The notes below the pieces were generated by a model. That model was not told where the DNA came from. It saw nothing but the letters and a program-made list of their open reading frames with translations, and did not search any database. A program made the position numbers and the translations under genes. A DNA stretch of 63,593 nt, the filler included, from Aduncisulcus paluster (Eukaryota): assembly GCA_024181965.1 (NCBI GenBank). It is 8 parts of 8 records of this genome, joined end to end, with 100 filler letters (N's around TTAATTAATTAA, not from the genome) between each part and the next. Parts side by side here need not be neighbours in the genome. Positions count along the whole stretch, not along the records: positions 1 to 12,942 come from BQXS01011275.1; positions 13,043 to 35,974 come from BQXS01011277.1; 6 more parts are not named here. One strand, given 5' to 3'. Below, piece by piece: positions 11,601 through 24,300 of this stretch (its first letter is position 1; each line of letters starts with the position of its first letter).

Positions 11601-12822
11601 GTTTCCTGTCACAGTCTCGGAGAGCTCTTTCCTTCGTTCGGCACTTACTCCTCCCTTCTTCAGAAAAAATATCTTCGGTCATTGTCTCAGCTGCCTTTTC
11701 ACAAGTTTCACATACTTTGTCAGCCATTTCTTCCGACAAAGAACTGACTTCGAGGGATATTATTTCTTCTTCCTTCTTTCGTTCTCTTTCTTCTTTTTCA
11801 ATCCGCTCTTTCTCTTTTAATTTAAGATATTTTCCTACCCTCTCCAACTCAGTGCGAAGATAAAACCAGGATTTGCCAGCCTCGACATTCGGATATTGGA
11901 AACTGGAATGATATTCCCATCCACTTCGAGTCTCTGTGGTCGAAGTCAATGATGTTCCTTCTTTCTTTCCGATCTTAAAGAGTCCGGGGCACATAATAAG
12001 AGATCGGAGCAATGCAAGTCGAAGTAACTGAACAGTCATAGAGTTATCAAAGGAAAGTCTCGGAGATGGTTTGATTGAGCTTATATGGGGGATCGTTGAC
12101 GGGGGGCTTGAGAGGACTCTAGAGGATGGACGAGGAACAATCGACGAAGGAGAATAGGAAGAGTCTTTTCGGGGGGGAGATGAGACCGATAATCGGGGAG
12201 AAACGGGAGAGGATGTGCCCAGGCCACACGACGAGAGAAAGGATGAGATTAATGGGCGAGGGGATGAGGGAGGTTTGTGGGTTTTTCGAATCTCAGAGTG
12301 AGATTGAAATGCAGTGGAAGGAGAAGGTTTGGGAGGTTGATAGAACTTCGCATCAGCACTCATATATGAAAGAAAAGATGGAATTTTTGTTTTTGAATGG
12401 TCAGAATTATACGGATCATGCTTCTTTCCGGGCTGTGTGGTGGATTTCGAAGAAATTGAAATTGGTGAAGACTGTTTCTGTTTCGGGGACACTCGACGTT
12501 CAGATCTTGTTCTTCGAGTTTTTGGAGAGATTCTCTTATCTGGTGGTTTGGGTATATGCTCATGTGTAATCCTTGTAAAAGGTTCGGCGTGGAGAGTTTT
12601 TATAGATCTGCCTTTTCGATCAAAAGCAGGTATATGCTTGGATGCTTTAGATGGCGGTGTTTTTTTTGAAGAAGTTTTGATGCCATCTGATCTTTCGAAT
12701 AGAGAACCTATATATGAAGGCGGCATCCGTTTTGGACGGGTTGATTCAACTGCCGCTTTTTCATACGAAGTTTGATATTTACGGGGCTGTATTTCACGTA
12801 ATTGGCCTGGTATCTTATTCAT
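8637..12822 (-). CDS. Ulp1/SENP-family (C48) SUMO/Ubl protease, split by a 20-N gap with duplicated overlap
   Basis: VFFPINICSHW, IMYFDSQG and IQLNGIDCGLY give the H-D-Q-C catalytic set. Removing the 283-nt overlap+gap around 10772-11054 joins the two track ORFs into one frame of about 1300 aa. First ATG 12822. Confidence 0.85.
11213..11312. repeat. (GAA/GAG)n trinucleotide tract encoding poly-Ser on the minus strand
   Basis: Visible purine tract; second copy at about 10930-11030 across the gap. Confidence 0.9.
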
Positions 12823-12942
12823 TTCACAATTTTGACCAATATATGTCAAATAATATTTACCAGGGTGCCCAAAATGTAGGATTTTACGCCATTCTTGATT
12901 GTATTGAGCTCACCTCCTTTTAAAAAGCGGCAACGTGGTAAC

Positions 12943-13042
12943 NNNNNNNNNNNNNNNNNNNNNNNNNNNNNNNNNNNNNNNNNNNNTTAATTAATTAANN
13001 NNNNNNNNNNNNNNNNNNNNNNNNNNNNNNNNNNNNNNNNNN
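12943..13042. other. Artificial contig linker (also at 35975-36074, 40225-40324, 43856-43955, 50106-50205, 53722-53821, 59333-59432)
   Basis: Identical N-run/TTAATTAATTAA/N-run with stops in all six frames. Confidence 0.98.
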
Positions 13043-14347
13043 TATAAAAAGGTTCAACAAATAACCAACCTCAAAATAGGCCCTGCTCGCGCTCGGTCTC
13101 GCGATAACTCGCTCACCCGGCGCTCGCTGGCTTCCCTCTCCTCAGGACGGTAGCCGAACTACCGTCCTTCGTCAAAGAAGCCATTCCGAAAGGAAACTCA
13201 ACATAATCATCTCCACTGCGAGAATCACTGTGGGAGAAAGGAATATGGGAGAAAGAGTCAAACAGCTCGATTCACGCTGAGGATCTGATCTCAAACGATT
13301 CTCTTTTGTTTTATTTTGTTTTATTTGATCCCATTTCTTTCAGTACTCAAAATTTATTCAACTTCGACCTATAATGAGGAGAAGTGTAATAATCATGATC
13401 TAATTATAGATCTGCTTCTCAATGATCTAATTATAGATCTTTACTTTAATAAATTTGCTCACTATAAAAGTCAACAAGACATTACAATATTAAAGGATTA
13501 AGAATGTTTTATTTTTTGGTTCCGGTTTGGTTTCAAATCCAAAAACTGGGAATTTATATTTTATTTCAAAATAGTAAATTTGCTCCAAGCATAAATTCTG
13601 TAGAACAGCTAACACCTTAAAATTTGACTAGATTCTTGTATTGATATGTTTACTGCAATAGTTGAGAGAATCAACCAAAAAATGTCAAACTATCAGGACA
13701 GTTCCAATATTGGAGTGCCTCAGTAGTTAAATCGCAAAATATTGTCTTACAGGTGAGATAATACATCGAAAATCTTTTAACAGATCAAAATCAACGAGGG
13801 TTTCAACCATGAAGATTGTCCAATCAAAGCAATATATATAAATATAAAGGGGTTGGATGAGTTGTAGTATTTTACATTCAAAGAGTCAATCATCACAAAC
13901 AAAAACAAACCCTCGATATTTGATCACAATGCATAAAAATTTAAAAAATACCATACATTGGATCTTTCTTTTATAAAAACGAATATTTAATTCGAAAAGA
14001 AACGGCAATAATAAGTATATAATAAGAGGAAAAGATGACAAAAAACTGTAAATAAGGTATAATCACACCATTTGAAAGGTATTCATTATCTATAGCATGG
14101 AAAATATTTATATTTATATTTATATTTATATTTATATCCAATAACGTAATAGTGCAAATGGTTAGCAAAGCAGAAAGAAAAAGGCTCATCGTGAAAAATA
14201 AAGTGACAAAGGAAAAGGAACAATAAAAAAAGGGGATATAGAATTAAGATATTAATAATATATTAATATAATTGACTCGATAATCACACTTCAAGATCAA
14301 AGGATCGATAAATATATGGGTATTTTATAGTATAGTATTGTAAGGAA

Positions 14348-17300
14348 TTACTCGTGGACAATACTTCTCCTCCTCCTGCGATGATGACCTGTGTAACTCT
14401 TATCCGAATAGTTCATCTTTGGGTCAAGTAATTGGATTCCTGGATCGACATCGAGGGTTGGAGAAGGAGAAGGACGGGAATGTGAGGCTCTTCGACTCCG
14501 ACGGTGTCCAGAGTCTTTAGCATGTCTCATTTTCTTTTCTTCACGAACGGGTGATATAGAGGGCTCATCAATGAGGTACATGCAACCGTCGTTAGTGACA
14601 ACAACACTAGCACGTCGGGAGAGAAGAGCAGAAGAGTGAGAGGAAGGGAGAGGGAGCAACTGAGGCGATGAAAAAGACGTTTCAAGCATTGAAGGTCGTC
14701 TTGATCGGTCAGCAGGAGACACACTTAACGTAGCTTTTTTAGATACAGTGCTAAGCGGAGAAATGTGTGATGCACGTCTCACAGGTGAAATATGGGAGGC
14801 TCTTCGATGTCCAGCTTCATATTGAATCGCTATAGACGCACGCCTTCCAGCGCTATCAGTGGAAATATACTGTGGAGAAGACAAATGATGACTCAAGGGG
14901 GAACGTCTGACAGAAACCATCTTTTTGCCTTGCAGAGCCTGTTGACGAGGAGATACCTTGACCTTTTGATTCCTTTTCCCTGCACCTTTCTTTTGTTTCT
15001 TTTTCTTTCCAGAACCACAACAAAGACAACAACAAAACAGAGGGATCAAGAATATAAATACGAATGCAATAATACAGACAATCCACATCTTAAGTGTAAA
15101 CACACCAAGAGATACATCCTTATTCATGAATACGATAATCCTTTCCCAGATATCCTTCTCATCATTATAATCGTTATTGTTATCATCATCGTTGCTATCG
15201 TCATCGTCCGAATAATCCCCAGACGCATATGCATCCACATCAAAGGAACAAAAGCCCCTCGAACATACACTGTAGCATTTGTCTGAAGTATTTCGCGAGA
15301 GGGTAACAACGGATGATAAGAAGAACGCACTGGTCTCACTGTTTTTAAACAAAAGTCGCACTTGCGACTCATCTGGAAAGAGAATTGACGAGAGAATCGA
15401 AGGAACAGAAAACGATGCTATAGTAATAGCCCCAGAAGAGCTATCGAGATCTACAGATCCCAACAAGGAAGCTGCTTGCCCAGTAACACTGTACGTCTCA
15501 TCGGCAGAACCAAGAACCAAATATACTTGATAGGAAACATCTGTTCCCATTGGTTCAACAAGGGAACAATCAGATATATTGTTGATATTGTTTTTGGTAT
15601 CATTTCTGTGTAAAACATTAGCACTCAACGACACATCCGTAGAATCATCAACAGAAGCAAATGTTTCAGTCACACGAATTGAGAATTCTTTACCAAGGAC
15701 TAGAGTACTGCCAAGGTCAGGCTGGAGGACCTTCTGGGTCTGACTGGAATTTAGTCTTCCGTATAGAGAAAGAGATATTGAAGATACAGTCACAAGAGAA
15801 AGTGAGGATGCAGAACCGAGTGCATCAGAACACTTTGAATCGCACCCACATTCAACTCTGACCACCCACCTTCCTCTTGAGTCTTCTCCATACATTCGAA
15901 GCGAGAACATGTTGCTAAGCGTCACAACGGAGGTCTCTTGGGTCAATTCAGCTGATGCTCGCCCGGATATAATTTCTGAAACGGTTCCAGACGGAGATAT
16001 TACCGTAAACGATAGATACTCCAAAGCAAGCGAATTATCCTTCGCCTCCTCTTCCAGGGCAATCTCAAGAGATAAAGAAACATATTCGATATCAAGGGAC
16101 TCAGTGACATCTAAATATAGATTGGAACCCATGGAATCAGTTGACATCGATATTGACAAATTTTGACCCGAAGAAGAGTTGATAACCTTTGTGAGAACAT
16201 CGGGTTCACCAAGAAGCTTAATTTGATCGTACTTATCAACATTATTATCCATGATATTCTCAAAATAATCGATCAGATCACCAGCGCGAATCATTCCAAA
16301 CCCATAGGATGAAGAATACGCAATTCCATTGGCATTTACACTCCATGTTGAGGAATCGGCATCAATCCGATATGATGAATGAGCCAATCCTCTAAAAATA
16401 TCACGAACACTGATATCATGGGACGAGTTTGAGTCGGAAATGGCTCCATACTTCGACAACAGCAAGGCAAGCACACCACTAACCTGTGGAGCTGCCGCTG
16501 AAGTCCCTCCAAATGTTATACAACTTTCAGATGAATCAGAGTATCCTGAATCAGTAGAATCGCCAAGATATAGAGCCTTGGCTGCTTGGATACCAGCAGT
16601 ATCTTCATCTAAGGAACACCCATCTAATACTGAACCTTCGCTTGGTGCACAGACAGTGACATTCTCACCAGGAGTCGAGTAATCCGTAATCACACCATTT
16701 GGAGCCACAGCACCAACAACAACACTGTACATATACACATCTTCATACAATAGAGTATTAGCACTCGCACTTTGTCCATCGTTCCCACTACTCCTGACAA
16801 AAAGGGTACCTTTACCATCCCTTCCAGTGGAAAACAGACAAGTATTCATGGCAGACTTGATCGAAGAATTGATAGTTTTGAGAGTAAAATCACCGGAAGA
16901 GAGAACGGAATTCCACGAGTGGGAGAATATATCAACGTATTCACACTCACCACATTGCGCATGCTGCAAATCCTCGGTGGTAGTAGAGGGTACTGAAGTC
17001 AAGTTACGCCCGGCAAATGTAGCATCAGGAGCAATTCCAAGTCCACATATACCATCATTTCCAATGGAAATTGACGCTACTGCTGTTCCATGAGTTGAAT
17101 CACACCATTTGGAGCCACAGCACCAACAACAACACTGTACATATACACATCTTCATACAATAGAGTATTAGCACTCGCACTTTGTCCATCGTTCCCACTA
17201 CTCCTGACAAAAAGGGTACCTTTACCATCCCTTCCAGTGGAAAACAGACAAGTATTCATGGCAGACTTGATCGAAGAATTGATAGTTTTGAGAGTAAAAT

Positions 17301-18323
17301 CACCGGAAGAGAGAACGGAATTCCACGAGTGGGAGAATATATCAACGTATTCACACTCACCACATTGCGCATGCTGCAAATCCTCGGTGGTAGTAGAGGG
17401 TACTGAAGTCAAGTTACGCCCGGCAAATGTAGCATCAGGAGCAATTCCAAGTCCACATATACCATCATAATCACACCATTTGGAGCCACAGCACCAACAA
17501 CAACACTGTACATATACACATCTTCATACAATAGAGTATTAGCACTCGCACTTTGTCCATCGTTCCCACTACTCCTGACAAAAAGGGTACCTTTACCATC
17601 CCTTCCAGTGGAAAACAGACAAGTATTCATGGCAGACTTGATCGAAGAATTGATAGTTTTGAGAGTAAAATCACCGGAAGAGAGAACGGAATTCCACGAG
17701 TGGGAGAATATATCAACGTATTCACACTCACCACATTGCGCATGCTGCAAATCCTCGGTGGTAGTAGAGGGTACTGAAGTCAAGTTACGCCCGGCAAATG
17801 TAGCATCAGGAGCAATTCCAAGTCCACATATACCATCATTTCCAATGGAAATTGACGCTACTGCTGTTCCATGAGTTGGAGAAGTGTCAGAAGAAATTCT
17901 ATCAGGAGGTTGATTTTCAAAGGAGGAAAGATAATAATTTGCTGATAAATAATATGAAGTTCCATCATCCGCGCTATCATTTCGTATTTGAGAAGCAATA
18001 TCTGGGTGAAAATAATCAATAGCCGAATCTGAGAAGACCATCATAACCCCATCACCAGAAAGTTCTTTATCCAGGGCGCTTTGAAGGTCAATATGAACAT
18101 TTTCATCAAAACAAGATGTATTGCCATTTCCGAAAAGGTGCCAAGTAACATCACTCGATTGATTGAGGGGCTGGATTTCATTATAGATTTTATCATCATA
18201 CAATGTATTTTTTGAAAGAGATGGGGATATTAATGACAGAATAATAAATGAAAACAGTAAAATAATAGAATAAATAGGCTGTAATTGAAGAATAAGTGGC
18301 TGAGATGTTTTAGAAACAGCCAT
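14348..18323 (-). CDS. Kexin/furin-like subtilisin proprotein convertase (S8 + P domain + TM), interrupted by duplicated segments
   Basis: Signal peptide; FSDSAID (Asp), THGTAVAS (His), SSGNDG (Asn), GGTSAAAPQVSG (Ser); P-domain YGEDSRGRW; TM then Cys cluster. Collapsing 781 nt of repeats gives one frame of about 1064 aa. Confidence 0.9.
16688..17877. repeat. Three overlapping copies of a 370-410 bp segment inside the convertase
   Basis: Identical ORF translations at offsets of 410 and 371. Confidence 0.85.
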
Positions 18324-18678
18324 TCACAACAGTAATATTTGGAAATCAAATATCAAAAATAGAAATAAATAATATTCAGGAATAAACCTGGTAACGAGGA
18401 GAATTGTCTGAAATAAGGCCAAAACCTTTGTGCCTCGGTTATTCTTTGTTATGATAAAAAGAATTATATCTTTCCAACATAAATATATTGTTATAGTATT
18501 TTTTAATCATAATCATAATTCATTTTTGATTTATTCATTCTCAGTCAGATCGGATTGGCCAAATTATAATTGTAACTGTTACAAGTGACGCCATAAGATT
18601 TATTGTTTAGAACCAATTGATAATTCAATATAATGCAAAATTAGATAAAAAAAGGTAAAATATACTGGATTATCAGAT

Positions 18679-19809
18679 CTATATGATGATGTGTGTGGCC
18701 TTACCATAATATCTGTTTACAATGGGAGAAGAAGTTAATCCAGAGAGATCATAGGCATGATAGGATGGATAAAATTTGAAAATTTCCATTTCATCAAGAG
18801 CTTTCTTTTCTTCAAGAGGAATCTTGGCCAACTTTTCCTTATGAGCCTCAATAATCTTTTCCCTTCTTTCTTTCTCTTCTTTTACCTGTCTTTCAGTTTC
18901 CTTTTTCAACTCTTCAAGTGTTTCATCATCCAATTTAAAGTCAACCTTGGCATCAGCCAGGAAATCTTCCATTTTATCGTAATCCCAATCGAACAAAATT
19001 CCCTTGATTTCTTTATCATCCTTTTTGAAGGCAATTTCCATCATTGTTCCTTCTTTAAGACCTTCAGGTTTCTTATTAAGCTTAGGAACAAAGATATAGG
19101 GAAGACAATAATCATAAATTCTAACACGATCCTCGTCAGTTCCACGAAGACGCATGGCACGAGATCTCTGAGAACAGGTAAGTAAGAAGAGATTCCAGTT
19201 ATCACCAATGTGCTTCTTAGAACCACGAGCATATCTTCTCTTCCTTGACTTGCTCTTCTTGAAGTCTGGATTTTCATCGAGGGCATCGCAAGAGAAACTG
19301 AGAGGATGTTTCTTCTCCCATGACATCCTAAGTTCTCTCATATCCATAACTTTCATTTCTTCCATTTGAACACTCTTGACACCAAGTTTCTCAGGAAGAG
19401 GAATATCTGAGACGACGGCGAAAACTACGGGAATAAAGATGGGTTTTGCCTGAGTTTCATCAACTTCACCAGATTCCTCTTTCTCTTCTTTTTTGACGAG
19501 AGCTTTCTTCACCTTTTCCTCTTGTTTCTGACGGAAATCATAAGTGACACTAGATCTCTCAAAAGAAGTCCAACCAGCATCTTCATCCTCAGATTCTTCC
19601 TCGCCTGGTACTCTAGGTACAAGTTGAGGTTCAGTAGTACCAAAGAAATAAACATATTTCCCCTCTTCAAGAGCTTTGAACAAAGCTCCATCACGAGCGA
19701 AGATATGCTCATCGAGGTTTGTAAAATCCCATGAAATACGGAATATTTCCTGATATTGTGACCATTCAGTACCACAATAATAAATTGATTTCCACAATTC
19801 TTGCTCCAT
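18679..19809 (-). CDS. HEAT INTOLERANT 4 (HIT4)-like protein
   Basis: Collinear motifs recalled from plant HIT4: GTEW, WDFTNL, YFFGTTEPQL, IPVVFAV, KLGVKSVQ, CSQR, YCLPY, KFYP, SPIVNRYYGKA. Confidence 0.8.
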   Translation of the reverse strand: MEQELWKSIYYCGTEWSQYQEIFRISWDFTNLDEHIFARDGALFKALEEGKYVYFFGTTEPQLVPRVPGEEESEDEDAGWTSFERSSVTYDFRQKQEEKVKKALVKKEEKEESGEVDETQAKPIFIPVVFAVVSDIPLPEKLGVKSVQMEEMKVMDMRELRMSWEKKHPLSFSCDALDENPDFKKSKSRKRRYARGSKKHIGDNWNLFLLTCSQRSRAMRLRGTDEDRVRIYDYCLPYIFVPKLNKKPEGLKEGTMMEIAFKKDDKEIKGILFDWDYDKMEDFLADAKVDFKLDDETLEELKKETERQVKEEKERREKIIEAHKEKLAKIPLEEKKALDEMEIFKFYPSYHAYDLSGLTSSPIVNRYYGKATHIII

Positions 19810-19970
19810 TGTTGACAAATCAAAAAATCAACAATCACACTTCATGATATGTTTGCAAAAACTTTAATTACATTAAAACTAAGATAGTCAGTGAATTGTC
19901 ACTGACCTATATATTTTATTCTTGATCCCATAGAGGGACTGGCAAAACTAAAGACATCTTCAATCCATTG

Positions 19971-20346
19971 TCATTTAATTGATTTTTTCTTAATCACTAT
20001 GGTTGGTTTAACAGAAAACATTATTTTTGATCTGACAATATGGCGAACTCTTGCAGCACCCATTCCAACACGTAAAATTGCAATTGGATTGGGCAATTTT
20101 TCAAATTTTCCAATTAAAACATGCTTTTCAATCCTCAATACAGGATTACCCTTAAAAGATTAAACGAGGATATGAGAAGAAAACGAAAGAAAAAAAAAAT
20201 AATAATTAAACAAAACATACTTCTTCATTAATGCACATAAATCCAAGTAATGCTTGTTCTAATCCTTCATTACATATAAGCTGACCTTGTAACTCGATAA
20301 TACATCGTTCTGTGACGTCAGGCTTGCATAATATAGGAATACTCAT
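19971..20346 (-). CDS. CTF8: Ctf8, duplicate copy (probable assembly duplication)
   Basis: Matches the 20646-21021 copy at offset 675; the copies are separated by two 20-N gaps. Confidence 0.6.
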
Positions 20347-20645
20347 TATAGAATNNNNNNNNNNNNNNNNNNNNAATAGAATTACTTTCAAAAAAGCAAC
20401 TAAGTCCACCCCCCTGAAACAACCCTTCTTGTCCGCTTCATTAAGACACTCAAAGGGACATCAACAGAGTCCTAGGGTCCATATATCTGGTACATTTGAA
20501 GTCCTTTCAATGTCCGAGAGTGGTCNNNNNNNNNNNNNNNNNNNNCATTAAAACTAAGATAGTCAGTGAATTGTCACTGACCTATATATTTTATTCTTGA
20601 TCCCATAGAGGGACTGGCAAAACTAAAGACATCTTCAATCCATTG

Positions 20646-21021
20646 TCATTTAATTGATTTTTTCTTAATCACTATGGTTGGTTTAACAGAAAACATTATT
20701 TTTGATCTGACAATATGGCGAACTCTTGCAGCACCCATTCCAACACGTAAAATTGCAATTGGATTGGGCAATTTTTCAAATTTTCCAATTAAAACATGCT
20801 TTTCAATCCTCAATACAGGATTACCCTTAAAAGATTAAACGAGGATATGAGAAGAAAACGAAAGAAAAAAAAAATAATAATTAAACAAAACATACTTCTT
20901 CATTAATGCACATAAATCCAAGTAATGCTTGTTCTAATCCTTCATTACATATAAGCTGACCTTGTAACTCGATAATACATCGTTCTGTGACGTCAGGCTT
21001 GCATAATATAGGAATACTCAT
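20646..21021 (-). CDS. CTF8: Chromosome transmission fidelity protein 8 (Ctf18-RFC subunit), two exons (21021-20896, 20825-20646)
   Basis: MSIPILCKPDVTERCIIELQGQL..LLGFMCINEE | GNPVLRIEKHVLIGKFEKLPNPIAIL..IVRSKIMFSVKP; 70-nt GTATGT..AAG intron. Confidence 0.85.
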
Positions 21022-21321
21022 TATAGAATGTATATAGTATATAAAATAAATAAATGACGTATTATTATAAAAATAATAAATTATGAATTAGGTATTTTCT
21101 TTCTTTAACTCTCCAAAAAAGGATTTCCGGATTATCTTTGAGAAAAGTTATTAATTAATAGTTAAAATATTTTAAAATGAATTCAACAATGTTTTAATGG
21201 AGTTATTTATGTTTAAATCGTCATCAAAATTCGAAGATAATTTTGTAGTTTCGAGATATCGTTTGCACACTATCATAAATATTTAAATAATTTTCATACC
21301 AATTTATTTTCTTTTAATTTT

Positions 21322-24300
21322 ATGTTAGGTTCATTATCTGTGACTAAATCAATATTGCCTGGTGTTCAGGCGAAGTATACTACTTCTGTCTCTGCTTGTA
21401 CAAATCGGTTCGTGCAAACCTCATCGACCTTTTGTTATGTCTTTGATTACTCCACTGCTGATAAAGAGCCCACTCTTATTGCTAGTATTACTGGAAAGAA
21501 AAAGCAAATTATTATTGGTGCGGCAATTTCTTCTTCCACTCCTGATGTAGTTGCTATTTCCTTTTTAAATCCATGTCAAGTTTGTGTCTATTCTCTAAAT
21601 TTACCATACAAAACTCCCAAGGGGCTTTTCCAACTTAATCTTAATCCTGACGACTATTCCTATGATTATGTCCGAGTTCTCGCATTTCATGAAACAAAAA
21701 ATTATTTATATTTGGGAACACAAAATGGAAGAGTGCTTCACATCAATACTGATCAATATCTGAGAAAAGATAAGAAACACGAGCGTTCTGCTCATATTAT
21801 CTTTTCCACCGATGGCGCTATCACCAGCTTATGTGTTGATAAGACAACTTTTGGAGCTGTTGTTGGAACTGCGTCGTGTAAGGCTATTTTTATTGCTCCA
21901 GAGTCTGAGTTTTACGAGCATGCTGGAAATATGAAAAAACTCGCCGAACATAAGAAAATGTTTCCATCAGTTGATAAAGAATTCTGGAATAGTGTTGTTT
22001 TGTTAAAGGAAGGAGACGATGAACGAAATCACTGCCCCCCTGATGATAGTTATCCAGTTGTCAGCAGTGTTGCAATTGATCCAGTCTCTAACGGTATGGT
22101 TGTTGTAGCCACATCGGCAGGAACTCTCTATCTTTATGACATGTATGCCGCCGCAAGGGATGCCGCCTCTTCCATCACTAGCGTCTCTGTCAGTCCCCTC
22201 ACATCATTCAGACGAGGCCCAAGTGGTCAGACAAGTATATGTTTTTCTGTTGGTGAAGTTGGATGTTTCTACGTATGCGATGTTAGCGTGGGTGTGATTC
22301 GAAAATACACTCCTTCTTCCCCTTCCCCTCTCTCCTTGGCTAAACTTGCGGATTGTGGTATTTTTTCGTGCATATGTGTTTGTGGAAATCGCATGCTTCT
22401 TTGTTGCATTGATGGACGTATTAGGATCATTGATATGGTCAGTACAGTCTGTGTTCATGAAGGAAATCCTGCTCATACTCATCCACCACTTGCTTTCACA
22501 TCTCTTGAGAGTGGTGAACACTTGTTTTCATGTGGAATGGACGGAACTGTCCGTCAATGGTCCCATTCCCTTGAAAATACCCACTCTATGTTCCTCCATG
22601 GATCTGGGAAGGCCAGCGGTGGTCGAGTAGTCTCCGGAATGCTGCCCCCCTCTATGAATTCACATGCAACATGCATGGCAGTTTCTTCTGGTGAACGTGT
22701 CCAAGGAAAGACATCCGGCGTGCATCGCGACACTGTATCTGGAATGATGGTCGTAGGAAAGGGGAATGGAGAGGTTTTACTATACGATCTTCAGACCAAA
22801 CATGTTATGGGATTAATTGGACAAATGAAAGGCTCATGTGTGAGTGTTGATATTAACAAGAAAACAATTCATTTGGTAGCTGTGAGTGACAATACTGGGG
22901 AAGTTTCTATTTTTAGAATTAAAGAACACACCGGTGTCGTCCTTGGCTCTGATGTCAAGCTTGAAAATATCGGTATCTCTGTGAAACCTGTTCCAAAAAT
23001 AGAATTTAAAAATATCTCAACCATGAATGACACTATCTCTTCTCAGTATGGATACTCATTTAGAGAAATGCCCTCCCCTCCTTCTGAGGTTGGTTCTGTT
23101 GATCCTTCCAACGTAACCTATGCAGGGTTGTGTCACCTTTCTTTCTCTTCCTGCGGTGGATGGCTATTCCTGTCAAGCGGACCCTTTGTCAAAGCTGTGA
23201 ATTGTGATGGATGGAAGAGTGAGACGCTTAAGAGCAACATTGGAGAGTTATATTGTCTTGCAGCGCATCCTAGAGGAAAGATATTCGCTGTTGGTGGTCG
23301 TAGAGGAGTTTCGATATATGTGATTAATGACTCAAATCACTTAGTTCGTATCCATACCTTTGCCATGACTTCAACAGCAACCTGCATTTATTTCCATCCT
23401 CATTTCGATTGTGTATTACTGTCTGGTGATGAAAATGGTGTTGTTTCTGTGTTGGACGTCAAAGAGAAGCGCCCTATTGTTCGTACTCAAGTTCATAAGT
23501 CCATTGTGATAGGTATTACAGTTCTCAGCGATTCTCCATATTCTCTGTACACGGCCAGCACCGATGGGGTTATCCTACGTCTCTCCATGCAAGGTATCCG
23601 AGGTATTTCCAATGCTCTGAGATTGGGATGCTATGATTTCCTTGATTCTTTGCACTGTTTCTTGTATGGGAAGGACAAAGATGGGAAGAAAGTTGACCTG
23701 TTTGGTGGATCGAAAGACTCTGTGTTTTCCCCTGAAACCATTATGTCAACTCTGGGCATCGTAGAAGAGGATAAGAAGCTGATTGATCATCTCATTGAAG
23801 GATCAACCACCTTAGGTGCTGCGAGCGTACCCACAGAGTCTCTCCCATGGTTACCTCACTTCGTTATTCCTCATCCGAATATCTGTGATCGCCTGTTCAA
23901 GTATGTGAGTGGATCAAAATCTAAAGGTTCACCTTCTTCTCATGCTTCTTCTGATGGATCAATGATCAACATTGATGCTATATTCTGTCAGTTGCTTCAG
24001 TTCATTTCTCCTGCTACTCAACCCTTGGCCAACAATGCCTTCTCACCCTTTGTTGAGAGCGGAGAGATCGTCAAACATTCTCATGCTCGTGTTTTGGCTG
24101 TTGATCTTGCCCGTAAGATTGTTGAGAACAAGAAGAAGAAGCGGTTGAAGTTGGTCCAGGGTGAGAAGGAATCTCTTGCACGTATGAGCATTGATCGTCA
24201 GTCGCCTTTACGATCTGCTCTTGCTCTCCTTGGAGAATGTGGAGAAATTGAGGAGTATTGTGAACAATGTATTCATAATAATCAGTTCCTTGATGCTATG

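Noticed and set aside
12943-13042. Recurrent TTAATTAATTAA motif between N runs, and ORFs ending in LIN
   Set aside because: Artificial contig linker; not biological and gives no synteny.
13128-13183. Hammerhead ribozyme or SECIS on the minus strand (CUGAGGA; UGAC..GA)
   Set aside because: No stem II-GAAA for a hammerhead and no apical AAR for a SECIS.
13395-13440. 19-nt direct repeat ATGATCTAATTATAGATCT
   Set aside because: Only two copies in AT-rich DNA; no supporting context.
13971-14189. 72-aa ORF with (IN)n and (TTTATA)n tract
   Set aside because: Low-complexity microsatellite in the convertase 3' flank.
16688-17877. Apparent triplicated or frameshifted convertase
   Set aside because: Copies translate identically and collapse to an intact frame; probably an assembly artefact, not programmed rearrangement.
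20375-20525. 151-nt island between two gaps
   Set aside because: Read-length orphan fragment with no recognisable feature.
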